Below are positions 47,189-56,430 of a DNA stretch of 64,000 bases, piece by piece. Each line of letters begins with the position of its first letter. Positions within the stretch are counted from its first letter, which is position 1. The notes beneath the pieces were generated by a model that did not search any database, had not been told where the DNA came from, and saw nothing but the letters and a program-made list of their open reading frames with translations. Source of the stretch: a virus; IMG/VR virus record IMGVR_UViG_3300031334_000002, positions 16,106-80,105 of that record; one strand, 5' to 3'. The translations under genes were made by a program, and so were the position numbers.

Positions 47189-47955
47189 TATACTTAGAAA
47201 ACCAACCAGTGGATGTTACTATATTTCCTGATAAAACCTCTCAAGTATGGAATGTTAATGAACAATGTTTAGCCTCAATAAAAAACTTTACTAATGGCGC
47301 TCAGTGTACCGTTACTTGGTCTTTTGAAAGTGAGGGTGAATTTCTTCATCTTGCTCAATTAAAAGATCTACTAGATAGCGAAGGTATTTCGTCTATACTA
47401 AATATACCAACGTTACCCTATGCTAGACAAGATAAGGAGATTAACAATAAAGAAACGTTTGCACTTAGAACTTTTGCTAAATTATTAAATACTCTAAAAT
47501 TTAAAAGAGTCTATTCAAAAGACGTACATAATATAAAATTAACGGAAAGTCTAATAGACAACTTCGCTAACATAGCTGCCGACCCTTCTATCAATATGGT
47601 ATTTGATAGAGTAAAAGCTGATATGATATGTTTTCCTGACGAGGGAGCTAAACTTAGGTATAACCTAAAAAAAGAGAGCTGTTATGGTATCAAAAAACGA
47701 TGTCCTGAAACAGGGTATATAGAAGGGTATAATTTCGTTGGTGAAGTTAGAGGTAAGATTATTCTGATCTGTGATGATCTTGTTGATGGCGGTATGACAT
47801 TTATAAAATGTACTGAGAAATTACTACAAGGGGGGGCGAAAGAGGTTTACTTATATGCCAGTCATGGTATATTTAGTAAAGGAACTAACGTTCTTTTTGA
47901 TGCAGGAATTAGTAGAATTTTTACAAAGGAAGGAGAAATAAATGAAAGGTCTTAA
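47185..47955 (+). CDS. Prs-like protein; probable ADPR-PP synthetase (Adps) of NARP1
   Basis: FPD, LPYARQD, DVH, PDEGA, ICDDLVDGGMTF, HGIFS motifs; overlaps the NAMPT-like gene. Confidence 0.8.
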   Translation: MIYLENQPVDVTIFPDKTSQVWNVNEQCLASIKNFTNGAQCTVTWSFESEGEFLHLAQLKDLLDSEGISSILNIPTLPYARQDKEINNKETFALRTFAKLLNTLKFKRVYSKDVHNIKLTESLIDNFANIAADPSINMVFDRVKADMICFPDEGAKLRYNLKKESCYGIKKRCPETGYIEGYNFVGEVRGKIILICDDLVDGGMTFIKCTEKLLQGGAKEVYLYASHGIFSKGTNVLFDAGISRIFTKEGEINERS

Positions 47956-50380
47956 TGCGATGTTATTAGCTGATTTTTATAAGCTAGCTCATCGTCGCCA
48001 GTATCCAGAGGGGACAGAATATGTATTCTCCACTTGGACTCCACGATCAGGAAAACATTTACCCAACTCAGAACATGCTGTTTGTTTTGGTATTCAAGGA
48101 TTCGTTAAAGAATTTCTAATTGACTTTTTTAATGAGAGTTTTTTCAGTAAAGACAAGCAAGAAATAGTAAAAGAGTACAAAAGATTCGTAAGTGCTACAT
48201 TATTAGTTAAAGACCCAGAAACTGATCATATCGAAGATCTTCACGATCTAGGTTATTTACCTATCCTTGTTAAATCGTTAGAGGAGGGCACTAGAGTTCC
48301 TTTCCGAGTTCCCATGATGACCATTGAGAACACTGATCCTAGATTCTTCTGGTTGACTAATTATCTAGAAACCCTAGCTTCATGTAATCTATGGAAACCT
48401 TCAACAACTGCAACTATTTCTTTAATGTATCGAGAAATCTTGAACAAGTATGCTATGGAGACAACGGGCTCTATGGAGGGCGTAGAGTTCCAAGGGCATG
48501 ATTTTAGTATGAGAGGGATGAGTGGTATGGAAGATGCTGCTAGAGCTGGTACCGGGCATCTTCTGAGCTTTGTAGGCACTGATACTATACCTGCTATCCA
48601 ATATTTAGAACAATACTATAATACTGACGTTACAAAAGAACTTGTAGGATGTTCAGTTCCTGCTTCAGAGCATTCTGTGATGTCATCAGGTTCGAAAGAA
48701 GGAGAGTTTGAAACTTACAGAAGATTGATTGAAGACGTACATCCTACTGGAATTGTTTCACTTGTTTCTGATACTTGGAATCTATGGCATGTAATAACTG
48801 ACACTCTTCCTAAACTTAAAGATAAGATTATGACTAGAGACGGTGGACCTGACAGTTTAGATAAAGTCGTCATCAGACCCGACTGCTACGATGACCAAAC
48901 TAAGATTATGACGGAAAGAGGGTGGGTTTTCTTTGATGACTTACGACCTGAAGATAAAGTAGCGCAGGTTTTAGATGATGGATCTCGGGAGTATATTAAA
49001 CCAACTAAAGTAGTAAAACAAAGATATGAAGGACCTATGGTTAGTTTTAAGGATCATTTTGGTAAAATGGATTTGATTGTTACCCCCAACCATAGAATGA
49101 TTTTTAATAAAAAAGGAACTGAGTTTGTTCAACTAGCTGAAGATTTCACTCAAGGGTATCATGGTAAAAACATAGTTAGAAGTTCACCAACAAAAGACCT
49201 CAATGAATTTATCAGTCCTATGGATAGATTAAAGATAGCATTTCAGGCTGACGGTAGTTACCAAACAGGCAAGACTGATAGAATTAGGTTTAGCTTTTCT
49301 AAAGAGAGGAAAATAAAAAGACTATCTAATATCCTCGATCAGTTAAACTATGAATATAAAATAAACAACTTAGGTGGCGGGAGCGTTGAATTTAAAGTCA
49401 ACACTGTTGTTGAATTAAGTAAAGACTTCAATTGGGTAAACACGGTTAATCCTTGTTCTAATTGGTGTAAGCAATTCATAAACGAACTATCTCATTGGGA
49501 TGCAACTATTAGAAATGAAGGTAGAATAAAGTTCGATACAACAAACGAAAATGTCATAGGAGTCGTTGAGGAAATCGCATTATGTTCTGGTTATGGGGTT
49601 TTGGTTTGTGAAAAAGAAGATAATAGAAAAGAACATTTTTCTAAGGTATACACTGCTCATATATTAAAGAATAATGAAATCGGTGGACAGTCTATAAAAA
49701 AAGAAACTATAGAAAAGTATAATGGATTTGTTCATTGTGTACAAGTGCCAACTGGTAAGATTTTAGTAAAAAGGAACAGATGTACTGCGGTTTGTGGTAA
49801 CAGTGGCGACCCTGTAGACATCCTTTGTGGAACATATAAAGAAGGTCATATATTACCAAAATCTCTACCAGAGCATAAAGGAGTGGTAGAACTTCTATGG
49901 GACATTTTTGGAGGAACTGTAAATGAACAAGGCTACAAAGTTCTAGACTCTCACATTGGAGCTATCTACGGAGACTCTATCACCCCTGAGAGATGTACAC
50001 AGATTTGTGAAAGGTTGAAAGCTAAAGGTTTTGCTTCAACCAATGTTGTCTTCGGTATCGGTTCTTATACTTACCAATACATAACCAGAGATTCTTTAGG
50101 CTTTGCTATGAAAGCTACTTCCGTTACTATTAACGGAAAAAAACAAGCTATCTTCAAAGATCCAATTACAGATGATGGGACAAAGAAATCAGCTAAGGGT
50201 AGAGTTGTGGTGCTTGAGGACGAGGAGAACGGTATCCATTATGTAGATAGTAGTATGTATAACAGTAGTGAATTGAACCTATTATCACAATCTGACCTGT
50301 TGACACCTATTTTTGAAAATGGTAAACTCTTAAAAGAGACATCATTGGTAGAAGTGAGGAGTAGGTTAAATGATAACTAA
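47942..50380 (+). CDS. NAMPT-like protein; probable Namat of NARP1, intein-containing
   Basis: DFYKLAH..QYP, HDFSMRG, PASEHSVM, SLVSDTW, VIRPD/SGDP, IYGDSIT, KDPITD.GTKKSAKG. Confidence 0.85.
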   Translation: MKGLNAMLLADFYKLAHRRQYPEGTEYVFSTWTPRSGKHLPNSEHAVCFGIQGFVKEFLIDFFNESFFSKDKQEIVKEYKRFVSATLLVKDPETDHIEDLHDLGYLPILVKSLEEGTRVPFRVPMMTIENTDPRFFWLTNYLETLASCNLWKPSTTATISLMYREILNKYAMETTGSMEGVEFQGHDFSMRGMSGMEDAARAGTGHLLSFVGTDTIPAIQYLEQYYNTDVTKELVGCSVPASEHSVMSSGSKEGEFETYRRLIEDVHPTGIVSLVSDTWNLWHVITDTLPKLKDKIMTRDGGPDSLDKVVIRPDCYDDQTKIMTERGWVFFDDLRPEDKVAQVLDDGSREYIKPTKVVKQRYEGPMVSFKDHFGKMDLIVTPNHRMIFNKKGTEFVQLAEDFTQGYHGKNIVRSSPTKDLNEFISPMDRLKIAFQADGSYQTGKTDRIRFSFSKERKIKRLSNILDQLNYEYKINNLGGGSVEFKVNTVVELSKDFNWVNTVNPCSNWCKQFINELSHWDATIRNEGRIKFDTTNENVIGVVEEIALCSGYGVLVCEKEDNRKEHFSKVYTAHILKNNEIGGQSIKKETIEKYNGFVHCVQVPTGKILVKRNRCTAVCGNSGDPVDILCGTYKEGHILPKSLPEHKGVVELLWDIFGGTVNEQGYKVLDSHIGAIYGDSITPERCTQICERLKAKGFASTNVVFGIGSYTYQYITRDSLGFAMKATSVTINGKKQAIFKDPITDDGTKKSAKGRVVVLEDEENGIHYVDSSMYNSSELNLLSQSDLLTPIFENGKLLKETSLVEVRSRLNDN
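48884..49801 (+). mobile_element. Intein (306 aa) with LAGLIDADG-like homing endonuclease region
   Basis: Splits RPD|SGDP; begins CYDDQTKIMTERGW, block B VTPNHRM, IAFQADGS, ends VHCVQVPTG..LVKRN...VCGN before Ser. Confidence 0.9.
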
Positions 50381-50825
50381 ACACATCAAGGGTGACGTTA
50401 GAGACACAGAACTTAACTTCATGGCTCACGGTGTAAACTGTCAGAATGTCATGGGTAGTGGGGTAGCTAGAGCTTTATTTGAAAGATACCCAGAAGTAAA
50501 AAGCGAATACCACCGTTACCTTTCTCTAGATGATGAAGTATTTGGTAGTGCTCATAGACTAGGAGAAGTGCAACTTGTTGATGTTGGATCTGATAAAACC
50601 GTGCTTAACATGTTCACACAGAATAACTACGGAGGTGACGGTAGTAGGTATGTTAATTATGATGCTATATTTAATTGTTTCATTTTCGTTAATAACGTGC
50701 TAAAGTTACCTAAATTGGCAATACCTAAGATAGGATGTGGGCTTGCTGGAGGTAGTTGGAATCTAGTTGAAGCTATTATAAATGAGTGTACACCAGATAC
50801 TGAGGTATGGGTTTATGAGTATTGA
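50370..50825 (+). CDS. Macrodomain (ADP-ribose binding/hydrolase) protein
   Basis: IKGD, HGVNC..VMGSGVA, NMFTQ, PKIGCGLAGGSW. Confidence 0.9.
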   Translation: MITKHIKGDVRDTELNFMAHGVNCQNVMGSGVARALFERYPEVKSEYHRYLSLDDEVFGSAHRLGEVQLVDVGSDKTVLNMFTQNNYGGDGSRYVNYDAIFNCFIFVNNVLKLPKLAIPKIGCGLAGGSWNLVEAIINECTPDTEVWVYEY

Positions 50826-51327
50826 TTGGTCTAAATCTCATTGTGGCGTCATGTTATGTTCTTTTGACGAAACCATAAGAATGATGCCAGAAGTGAAACC
50901 TATTCTAGACGATCTTATAGGTAAACTCGAACTAGATATTAGTGAATGTGTCGTTGATGTAAAAGTTCACATGTTGATGCCGGATGAATACCCCTGTATA
51001 CCTAACTGGCATAGAGATTTTATACCTAGGAATACTAAATTACACAAATTACATAAAAATATCAGTAATCAAAAAATGTACTTGTGGATAAGCGGAGAAC
51101 CGAAGACTGAATGGAAAAAAGAACCAAAAAAACTATCAGGAGAGTATGATTGGGTTGAATTTACGCAACGAGATGTTCACAGAGGAGTTAAATCAACGAA
51201 ACATACATGGAGGTGTTTTATTAGAGTTATACCTAAAGACTTCATTCACCCAACAACAACTAATGTTGGTCAACTTAGAAGACATTCGCAGGTTTACATT
51301 GACGATCCTGATAGGTTCAATTGGTGA
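50815..51327 (+). CDS. Putative 2OG-Fe(II)/cupin-fold oxygenase-like protein
   Basis: PNWHRD (HxD), distal HRG and RCFIR; start re-assigned to 50815. Confidence 0.5.
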   Translation: MSIDWSKSHCGVMLCSFDETIRMMPEVKPILDDLIGKLELDISECVVDVKVHMLMPDEYPCIPNWHRDFIPRNTKLHKLHKNISNQKMYLWISGEPKTEWKKEPKKLSGEYDWVEFTQRDVHRGVKSTKHTWRCFIRVIPKDFIHPTTTNVGQLRRHSQVYIDDPDRFNW

Positions 51328-51474
51328 ATTATAATATTTGGAGATTCATATGGGACAGTTTTGACTTGTTTTACAGTATTACAGGATTGAGAGCGCAAGT
51401 TCCAATTGAATATTTTTATCCTAATTTATGTCAGTGGTTATTTGCAAAAATGACAGGAATAAAAGGGGTCAGGG

Positions 51475-51816
51475 TTGAAAAGAAATCCTTGTAATAGAGA
51501 TAGAGTGTGTTTTCATGGTTACACCGTTCTCAGAGATGGAACCGTTCTAAGCAAAAAAGGTCAACCTATGAAGTTTGAGAAAAGAATGAGAAGAGGTAAC
51601 GACGGTAAGTTTGACTTGTGTGTTAGGTTAAGATATCGTGGCAAGAGCAAGAAGTGGACTTTGCAAAGGCTAATTGCTGCATGTTTTCTTGGTCCAATAG
51701 ATGGATATGAAATCAATCACATAGACCGTGATCCTACAAATTGTCATGTTAATAACTTAGAGAGACTCACGCCTTCTGAAAACCAGAAACATTGGAGAGA
51801 TGATGAGAAGTCCTGA
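51475..51816 (+). CDS. HNH endonuclease-like protein
   Basis: RLIAACFLG....EINHIDRDPTNCHVNNLE..T.SEN. Confidence 0.8.
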   Translation: MKRNPCNRDRVCFHGYTVLRDGTVLSKKGQPMKFEKRMRRGNDGKFDLCVRLRYRGKSKKWTLQRLIAACFLGPIDGYEINHIDRDPTNCHVNNLERLTPSENQKHWRDDEKS

Positions 51817-52066
51817 CTATATATACACTTGGAGTTATTACTCAGAAAAACAAAAAGCAGTAAATACTGTTATTAAAAGATATAAACTACCAATGTCTTT
51901 CGGAATCTCAGAATATGTGAATACTAGTAATGATTCTATTATTGATTATTTAATGAATAGATTAAACTATGCACAAAGTGAAGAATGTGGAGAAGCCGCC
52001 AACTCTGGCGTTTATAATGCACAAAAGGCTATTGAATTACTAAACACACTAAAAGGTATATTATGA
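51800..52066 (+). CDS. Hypothetical protein
   Basis: Coupled ORF. Confidence 0.5.
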   Translation: MMRSPDYIYTWSYYSEKQKAVNTVIKRYKLPMSFGISEYVNTSNDSIIDYLMNRLNYAQSEECGEAANSGVYNAQKAIELLNTLKGIL

Positions 52067-53103
52067 AGATCAGTCATTCAGCAAAAGAAACATTCTTACA
52101 ATGTGGTGAGAAATATCGACTCCACTACCAAGAACGACTTAGGTCTAAGATATATCCTTCGTTCTTTCTATTAGGAGGGGCATTTGACGAAGCCTTGAAT
52201 TGTCTTTTACTAAGTAAAAAGAGACCTGAAAATTTTACAGAAGAAGAGAGACTTCTCTTCGAACAAGATCCTTATGTGGTATTAGACAATGAACTGACTA
52301 CTCAAGTTTTCAATGGGGAAACGATATATGTTCCGACTTTCATATACGCTAAGTATTTTAGTAAAGACTTTGATGTAAGTTTAATAGAAGATGAAGACCT
52401 AATGTTAATCAATTCAACAGCCGAACGTACAGGTTATAACAGCCTCACTGCGGGGTCCTGTGAAGAGTTCATACTAACATGTAGGAATGAGATTAAAACG
52501 TCTAAGAGGCTCGATGACGACGCTCAGGTGCTTTATAACCTTATCAACTGGTGTACTTGCAGAAGAAGACTTAGATATCTATTGGAAATGTACGAGAAAG
52601 ATGTTCTACCTTTAGTACATGAGGTTTTTGCTGTACAAAAGAAAGTAGAACTTTCAGCAGGCGACCACACTCTAATAGGATATATTGATGTGGTCTTGAG
52701 TTATGTTGACGAACCTGATGTTGTTTATGTTACTGATAATAAGTTAGCAAGTAAAGGATACCCCGATAACGCAATTGATGATGCTGTACAATTAGCTACA
52801 TACTGTGAACATGAGGAAACAAATAAGGCTTCTTTTATTGTCACAGAGAAACCACTAAGAAAGAGAGACCCTAGGCATAGGATACAAATACTAAAAGGCG
52901 AGATAACTGAAGAATTGTTTGAGAAAACGTTTGACGAGTTCGGAGAAGTGGTATATTCTGTAGAGAATGGCGAGTTTGAGAAGACTGGTATGGATGGAAG
53001 TAGACAAGAGTGTTTTAGTTTTGGTCAGAGATGTCAATTTTATAATACATGCAGAGGTGAACCTGAGAAGGATTTTTTAATTAAACTAGAAGGTAATAAA
53101 TGA
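52063..53103 (+). CDS. PD-(D/E)XK exonuclease (RecB/Cas4-like)
   Basis: SHS....F.QC, GYIDVV, VTDNK, QLATY, C-terminal Cys cluster. Confidence 0.75.
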   Translation: MKISHSAKETFLQCGEKYRLHYQERLRSKIYPSFFLLGGAFDEALNCLLLSKKRPENFTEEERLLFEQDPYVVLDNELTTQVFNGETIYVPTFIYAKYFSKDFDVSLIEDEDLMLINSTAERTGYNSLTAGSCEEFILTCRNEIKTSKRLDDDAQVLYNLINWCTCRRRLRYLLEMYEKDVLPLVHEVFAVQKKVELSAGDHTLIGYIDVVLSYVDEPDVVYVTDNKLASKGYPDNAIDDAVQLATYCEHEETNKASFIVTEKPLRKRDPRHRIQILKGEITEELFEKTFDEFGEVVYSVENGEFEKTGMDGSRQECFSFGQRCQFYNTCRGEPEKDFLIKLEGNK

Positions 53104-53276
53104 TCATAAAGGATAAAGACGAACAAGAATTTAAAGATATGATGGATAGTTGTCTAGAGAGTGTTAATGGAGAAGGACAAATTAAAAGAGTCGAATTTGA
53201 CATAGACAGTAAAGAAGTTAAATTTGTCTTCAAACTTTCCGAATACGAAGGTTGTCTAACTTTTTTGGAGTATTAA
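53100..53276 (+). CDS. Hypothetical protein (58 aa)
   Basis: ATGA and TAATG overlaps with neighbours. Confidence 0.5.
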   Translation: MIIKDKDEQEFKDMMDSCLESVNGEGQIKRVEFDIDSKEVKFVFKLSEYEGCLTFLEY

Positions 53277-53509
53277 TGAACATTCGGGATAAAAAATTAT
53301 TAATTCAACATGGTTATGGTTTATACATATATACGATCAGTGAAATAGACGATATCTATAGTAAAGACAACGAAGCAGATATTTCTTTTCTTTTGCCCAA
53401 AAACGGATTGTTTTTTGAAGAAGTAAAAATAAGAAATAGAAATCATTTTTTTCAGTATATAGATGAATTACAATTAGAATTAAATAAAGGAAACAATGAT
53501 GGCAGATAA
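53276..53509 (+). CDS. Hypothetical protein
   Basis: GGAG RBS; start re-assigned to 53276. Confidence 0.5.
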   Translation: MNIRDKKLLIQHGYGLYIYTISEIDDIYSKDNEADISFLLPKNGLFFEEVKIRNRNHFFQYIDELQLELNKGNNDGR

Positions 53510-54182
53510 AAAAGGGAACACTGGTTACAGGAACACTGGTAGCTGGAACACTGGTTACAGGAACACTGGTGACATGAACACTGGTAACTATAACAATGGT
53601 GACAGTAACACTGGTAGCTGTAACACTGGTAGCCGGAACACTGGTAACTATAACAATGGTGACAGTAACACTGGTAGCTGTAACACTGGTTACAGGAACA
53701 CTGGTAACATGAACACTGGTAACATGAACACTGGTAGCTGGAACACTGGTAACTGGAACACTGGTAACTGGAACACTGGTGACTGGAACACTGGTGACCT
53801 AAATACTACCAAACCTACCGTTAGGCTTTTTAATAAAGATAGCGGATTAGAGTTTAATGGAGAAGTTCACATTAAAATTAGAAACACTGTAAGTAGTTAT
53901 CAAAAAATGCTAGGTGAATGGGTCTATGAAAAAAACATGACTGACCAAGAGAAGACTGATAATCCTACATATAAAACTACTGGAGGATACTTAAAAGTAA
54001 ACAAAAGTGTTTACAACGGCAAAAAGGTAACGAAGGAGCATATATGTTTTCTAGAATCTTTGCCTAATTTTTGTCCTAAGATTCTAAAGGAATGTACTGG
54101 TATTGACTTAGAAGAAAAAACATGTAACAATAAAATTGTTGAAATTGATGGCAAAAAATACAAGCTTATGGAGTTAAAATGA
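53496..54182 (+). CDS. NTGxx pentapeptide-repeat protein, copy 2
   Basis: 19 repeats; paralog of 39484-40125. Confidence 0.75.
   Translation: MMADKKGNTGYRNTGSWNTGYRNTGDMNTGNYNNGDSNTGSCNTGSRNTGNYNNGDSNTGSCNTGYRNTGNMNTGNMNTGSWNTGNWNTGNWNTGDWNTGDLNTTKPTVRLFNKDSGLEFNGEVHIKIRNTVSSYQKMLGEWVYEKNMTDQEKTDNPTYKTTGGYLKVNKSVYNGKKVTKEHICFLESLPNFCPKILKECTGIDLEEKTCNNKIVEIDGKKYKLMELK
53517..53801 (+). repeat. 19 x 15-bp coding tandem repeat AACACTGGT-N6
   Basis: Directly visible in sequence. Confidence 0.9.
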
Positions 54183-54484
54183 ATAAGAAGGAATTAGAAG
54201 AACATAACAAAGCACTTAGATCTAAACTGGATGAAGTCCAGAAAGATCTAGACGCCTATAAGAATGAAGAGAAGGTCTTAGGTTTATTAGACGAAGAAGC
54301 TGTTGGTGCTTTTTTTGATGATGAGGAAAGAATGTGGAATTTAGTTACCTTAGGTTACAATAAGGACACAGGTGAGGCTAAAGTAGAAAAGATAGAAAAA
54401 GTAAGTCAAGACTTTGCTATGTTAGATTATAGAATTAAACAATTCGTAGCAGAGAATATCAATTTAAAAAACCTTAGGAGGTAA
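54179..54484 (+). CDS. Hypothetical protein
   Basis: Coupled ORF. Confidence 0.55.
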   Translation: MNKKELEEHNKALRSKLDEVQKDLDAYKNEEKVLGLLDEEAVGAFFDDEERMWNLVTLGYNKDTGEAKVEKIEKVSQDFAMLDYRIKQFVAENINLKNLRR

Positions 54485-54486
54485 TT

Positions 54487-54921
54487 ATGGAACTAAAGGA
54501 TTTAGGGAGGTTCGCAGTAGATGCGGCTCCTCACGCAACAGGAAGAATGATGGTCACTGTAACCCAGTTAGCAGAAAGTAAGCTAGATGGTGGCAATCAA
54601 CGATCTTTGTCAGCTATTAATGTGACTTCGGGCGGTAAAAATGAATCTGCTGCTACAGAAAACGGAATCAAACTAGCACTAAAGAGATTAACTGACCTAA
54701 AAGGTAAGTCTGAAATTGTAAAACTAGGCGTTGTGAGCTTGGAAGAGAACAAGAAAGACAACACTTTTGAGAGTGTGGTCCAGCTTGGTTTTTTTGATAA
54801 ATCTAATGACGGTGCTGATCTTATTAAGAAAAAATGTCTAGGATTTGGTAGTGGTAAAACAGCAGATGCTGCTGAAGAGGCTGCTATTAAAAGCGCTCTT
54901 AGTTTAATGGGAGAGAAGTAG
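54487..54921 (+). CDS. Hypothetical protein (possible dsRBD-like fold)
   Basis: GGAGG RBS; G.GSGKT..AAEEAA...AL C-terminus. Confidence 0.5.
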   Translation: MELKDLGRFAVDAAPHATGRMMVTVTQLAESKLDGGNQRSLSAINVTSGGKNESAATENGIKLALKRLTDLKGKSEIVKLGVVSLEENKKDNTFESVVQLGFFDKSNDGADLIKKKCLGFGSGKTADAAEEAAIKSALSLMGEK

Positions 54922-55488
54922 ATGGAAGACGTAAAAAATACAGAGACAAAATTAATTTCAGTGGTAATGTCGAACAATATTGCAGATATTGCGACTGCAT
55001 TATCGAAAGCTCAATCTGAACTAGACTCTGCTAAAAAAGACAGCTCTGGCTATGGATACAATTATTCAGATTTAGCATCTGTTATAAATACATCAAAACC
55101 AGTATTAGCAAAACACAATTTATCAGTTGTACAATTAGTAGGCAAACAAACAGAAACTCAAGTTGAAGTTACTACAATCTTAGCCCACAGTTCAGGTCAG
55201 TTTTTTAAGTCGATTGCAACTTTACCTGTTATCGAGATGAAAGGTTGCAACAAGGCACAAGGTGCCGGGGCTTCGTTGAGTTATCTTAGACGCTATGCAT
55301 ACCAATCAATTATCGGTCAACCGAGTGAAGATAATGATGGGAGTAGTGAAAATAAAAAACCAGCAACCTCTTCTAATTTTAAGAAGAAAGAGGAACCTAA
55401 GAAAGCCGCTAAAAAAGAAGCTACTGCTAAAAAGCCTAACTTTAGAAAGAAAGCTGTAACTACCGAAACAAGTAGTGGAGGTCTTTAA
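54922..55488 (+). CDS. erf: ERF-family ssDNA annealing protein
   Basis: ALSKAQ, YNYSDL, TILAHSSGQ, GASLSYLRRY, EDNDG. Confidence 0.85.
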   Translation: MEDVKNTETKLISVVMSNNIADIATALSKAQSELDSAKKDSSGYGYNYSDLASVINTSKPVLAKHNLSVVQLVGKQTETQVEVTTILAHSSGQFFKSIATLPVIEMKGCNKAQGAGASLSYLRRYAYQSIIGQPSEDNDGSSENKKPATSSNFKKKEEPKKAAKKEATAKKPNFRKKAVTTETSSGGL

Positions 55489-55820
55489 TGGATAAAGCAG
55501 AAGAACTTGCATCAAAAATGGACGTTGATTATTTTAACCGTCTATTACAAGACCAAGTTAGAGATTTTAATAACCTAATAGCCAAGAAAAAGAAAATGCT
55601 ATCAAAAGGAGAGCTATTTCAACTAACAAAGGCGTTAGTTAATTACCCTGATACTACAGGTATCTTAAAAACAGAGAATTTAAAAGACCTAATAGAACTT
55701 GGGGTAGCAGCAAAAGAATCATATCTAGCATTAACGGTACAGATGTTAATTGAACAAGGACAAAAAGTACAAAAAGAGAGCGACAATAAATTCGTTCCAG
55801 AAGGAGAGAGTAATGAGTAA
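55488..55820 (+). CDS. Hypothetical protein
   Basis: GGAGG RBS; TAATG overlap. Confidence 0.55.
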   Translation: MDKAEELASKMDVDYFNRLLQDQVRDFNNLIAKKKKMLSKGELFQLTKALVNYPDTTGILKTENLKDLIELGVAAKESYLALTVQMLIEQGQKVQKESDNKFVPEGESNE

Positions 55821-56055
55821 GAAGTATTTAGATTTTGCATCAATTTTAGAAGGCAAACCTGAAAATGGAGGGGGCTTCTACATTAAGGTTAACTCAGCAG
55901 TGACACTTAAAGAAGGTGAAATTGTTTACGTTGATAAACCTGCTGATAAAATCAACAAACTAGTTGAACTAGGATTTATTGATGAAGCAGAAGCTGAGTC
56001 TAGAATCGAAAGGGTTCCTAGCTTTATTAAGTACACGTTGACAAAGAAAAACTAA
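55813..56055 (+). CDS. Hypothetical protein (start re-assigned to 55813)
   Basis: AAGGAG RBS. Confidence 0.55.
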   Translation: MSKKYLDFASILEGKPENGGGFYIKVNSAVTLKEGEIVYVDKPADKINKLVELGFIDEAEAESRIERVPSFIKYTLTKKN

Positions 56056-56116
56056 TACCCCCTCTCTTCTTTCGAGATTAGAGTTGCCCTGAGTACTGGC
56101 ATAAAAAGACTCACCA

Positions 56117-56192
56117 TTAGGGGCTAGTTTAATCGGTTGGAATACTAGATTGTGAATCTGGAGACGGGAGTTTGATTCTCCCACCCCTGACC
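56117..56192 (+). tRNA. tRNA-His (GTG), atypical
   Basis: Acceptor TTAGGGG/CCCCTGA, D arm GTTT..GAAT, anticodon arm CTAGA-TTGTGAA-TCTGG, T arm GGGAG-TTTGATT-CTCCC; no encoded CCA. Confidence 0.7.
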
Positions 56193-56208
56193 GTTACTGG
56201 GAGGTAAA

Positions 56209-56430
56209 ATGTCTATTAAATACAAAATGAGGGACTACCGTGCCAGTATAAAAGGTCTAGTAAAGGCTTATGAAAAAAAGGGACTGGAAGGTGTTCAAAT
56301 GTACTGTGTTGTTTCATTTATCCCAGTTGCAGTAGCCTATACTTACCTACTAAGAACACACAAAGACGAGAAGATGAAAGAATGTTTAGAAGGTGTAATT
56401 AAATTTTATAAATGCGAGGTAATCGACTAA
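56209..56430 (+). CDS. Hypothetical protein
   Basis: GGAGG RBS. Confidence 0.55.
   Translation: MSIKYKMRDYRASIKGLVKAYEKKGLEGVQMYCVVSFIPVAVAYTYLLRTHKDEKMKECLEGVIKFYKCEVID

Noticed and set aside
52063-53103. Cas4 as evidence of a CRISPR system
   Set aside because: Stand-alone PD-(D/E)XK nuclease near ERF fits a phage recombination module
39502-53801. Diversity-generating retroelement TR/VR pair
   Set aside because: The first variable codon is AAC/GAC/TAC/AGC, but adenines in the constant AAC ACT codons do not show such variation, both copies are coding tandem arrays, and no reverse transcriptase was seen
55969-56184. Minus-strand 71-aa ORF
   Set aside because: Overlaps the tRNA and a plus-strand gene in antisense
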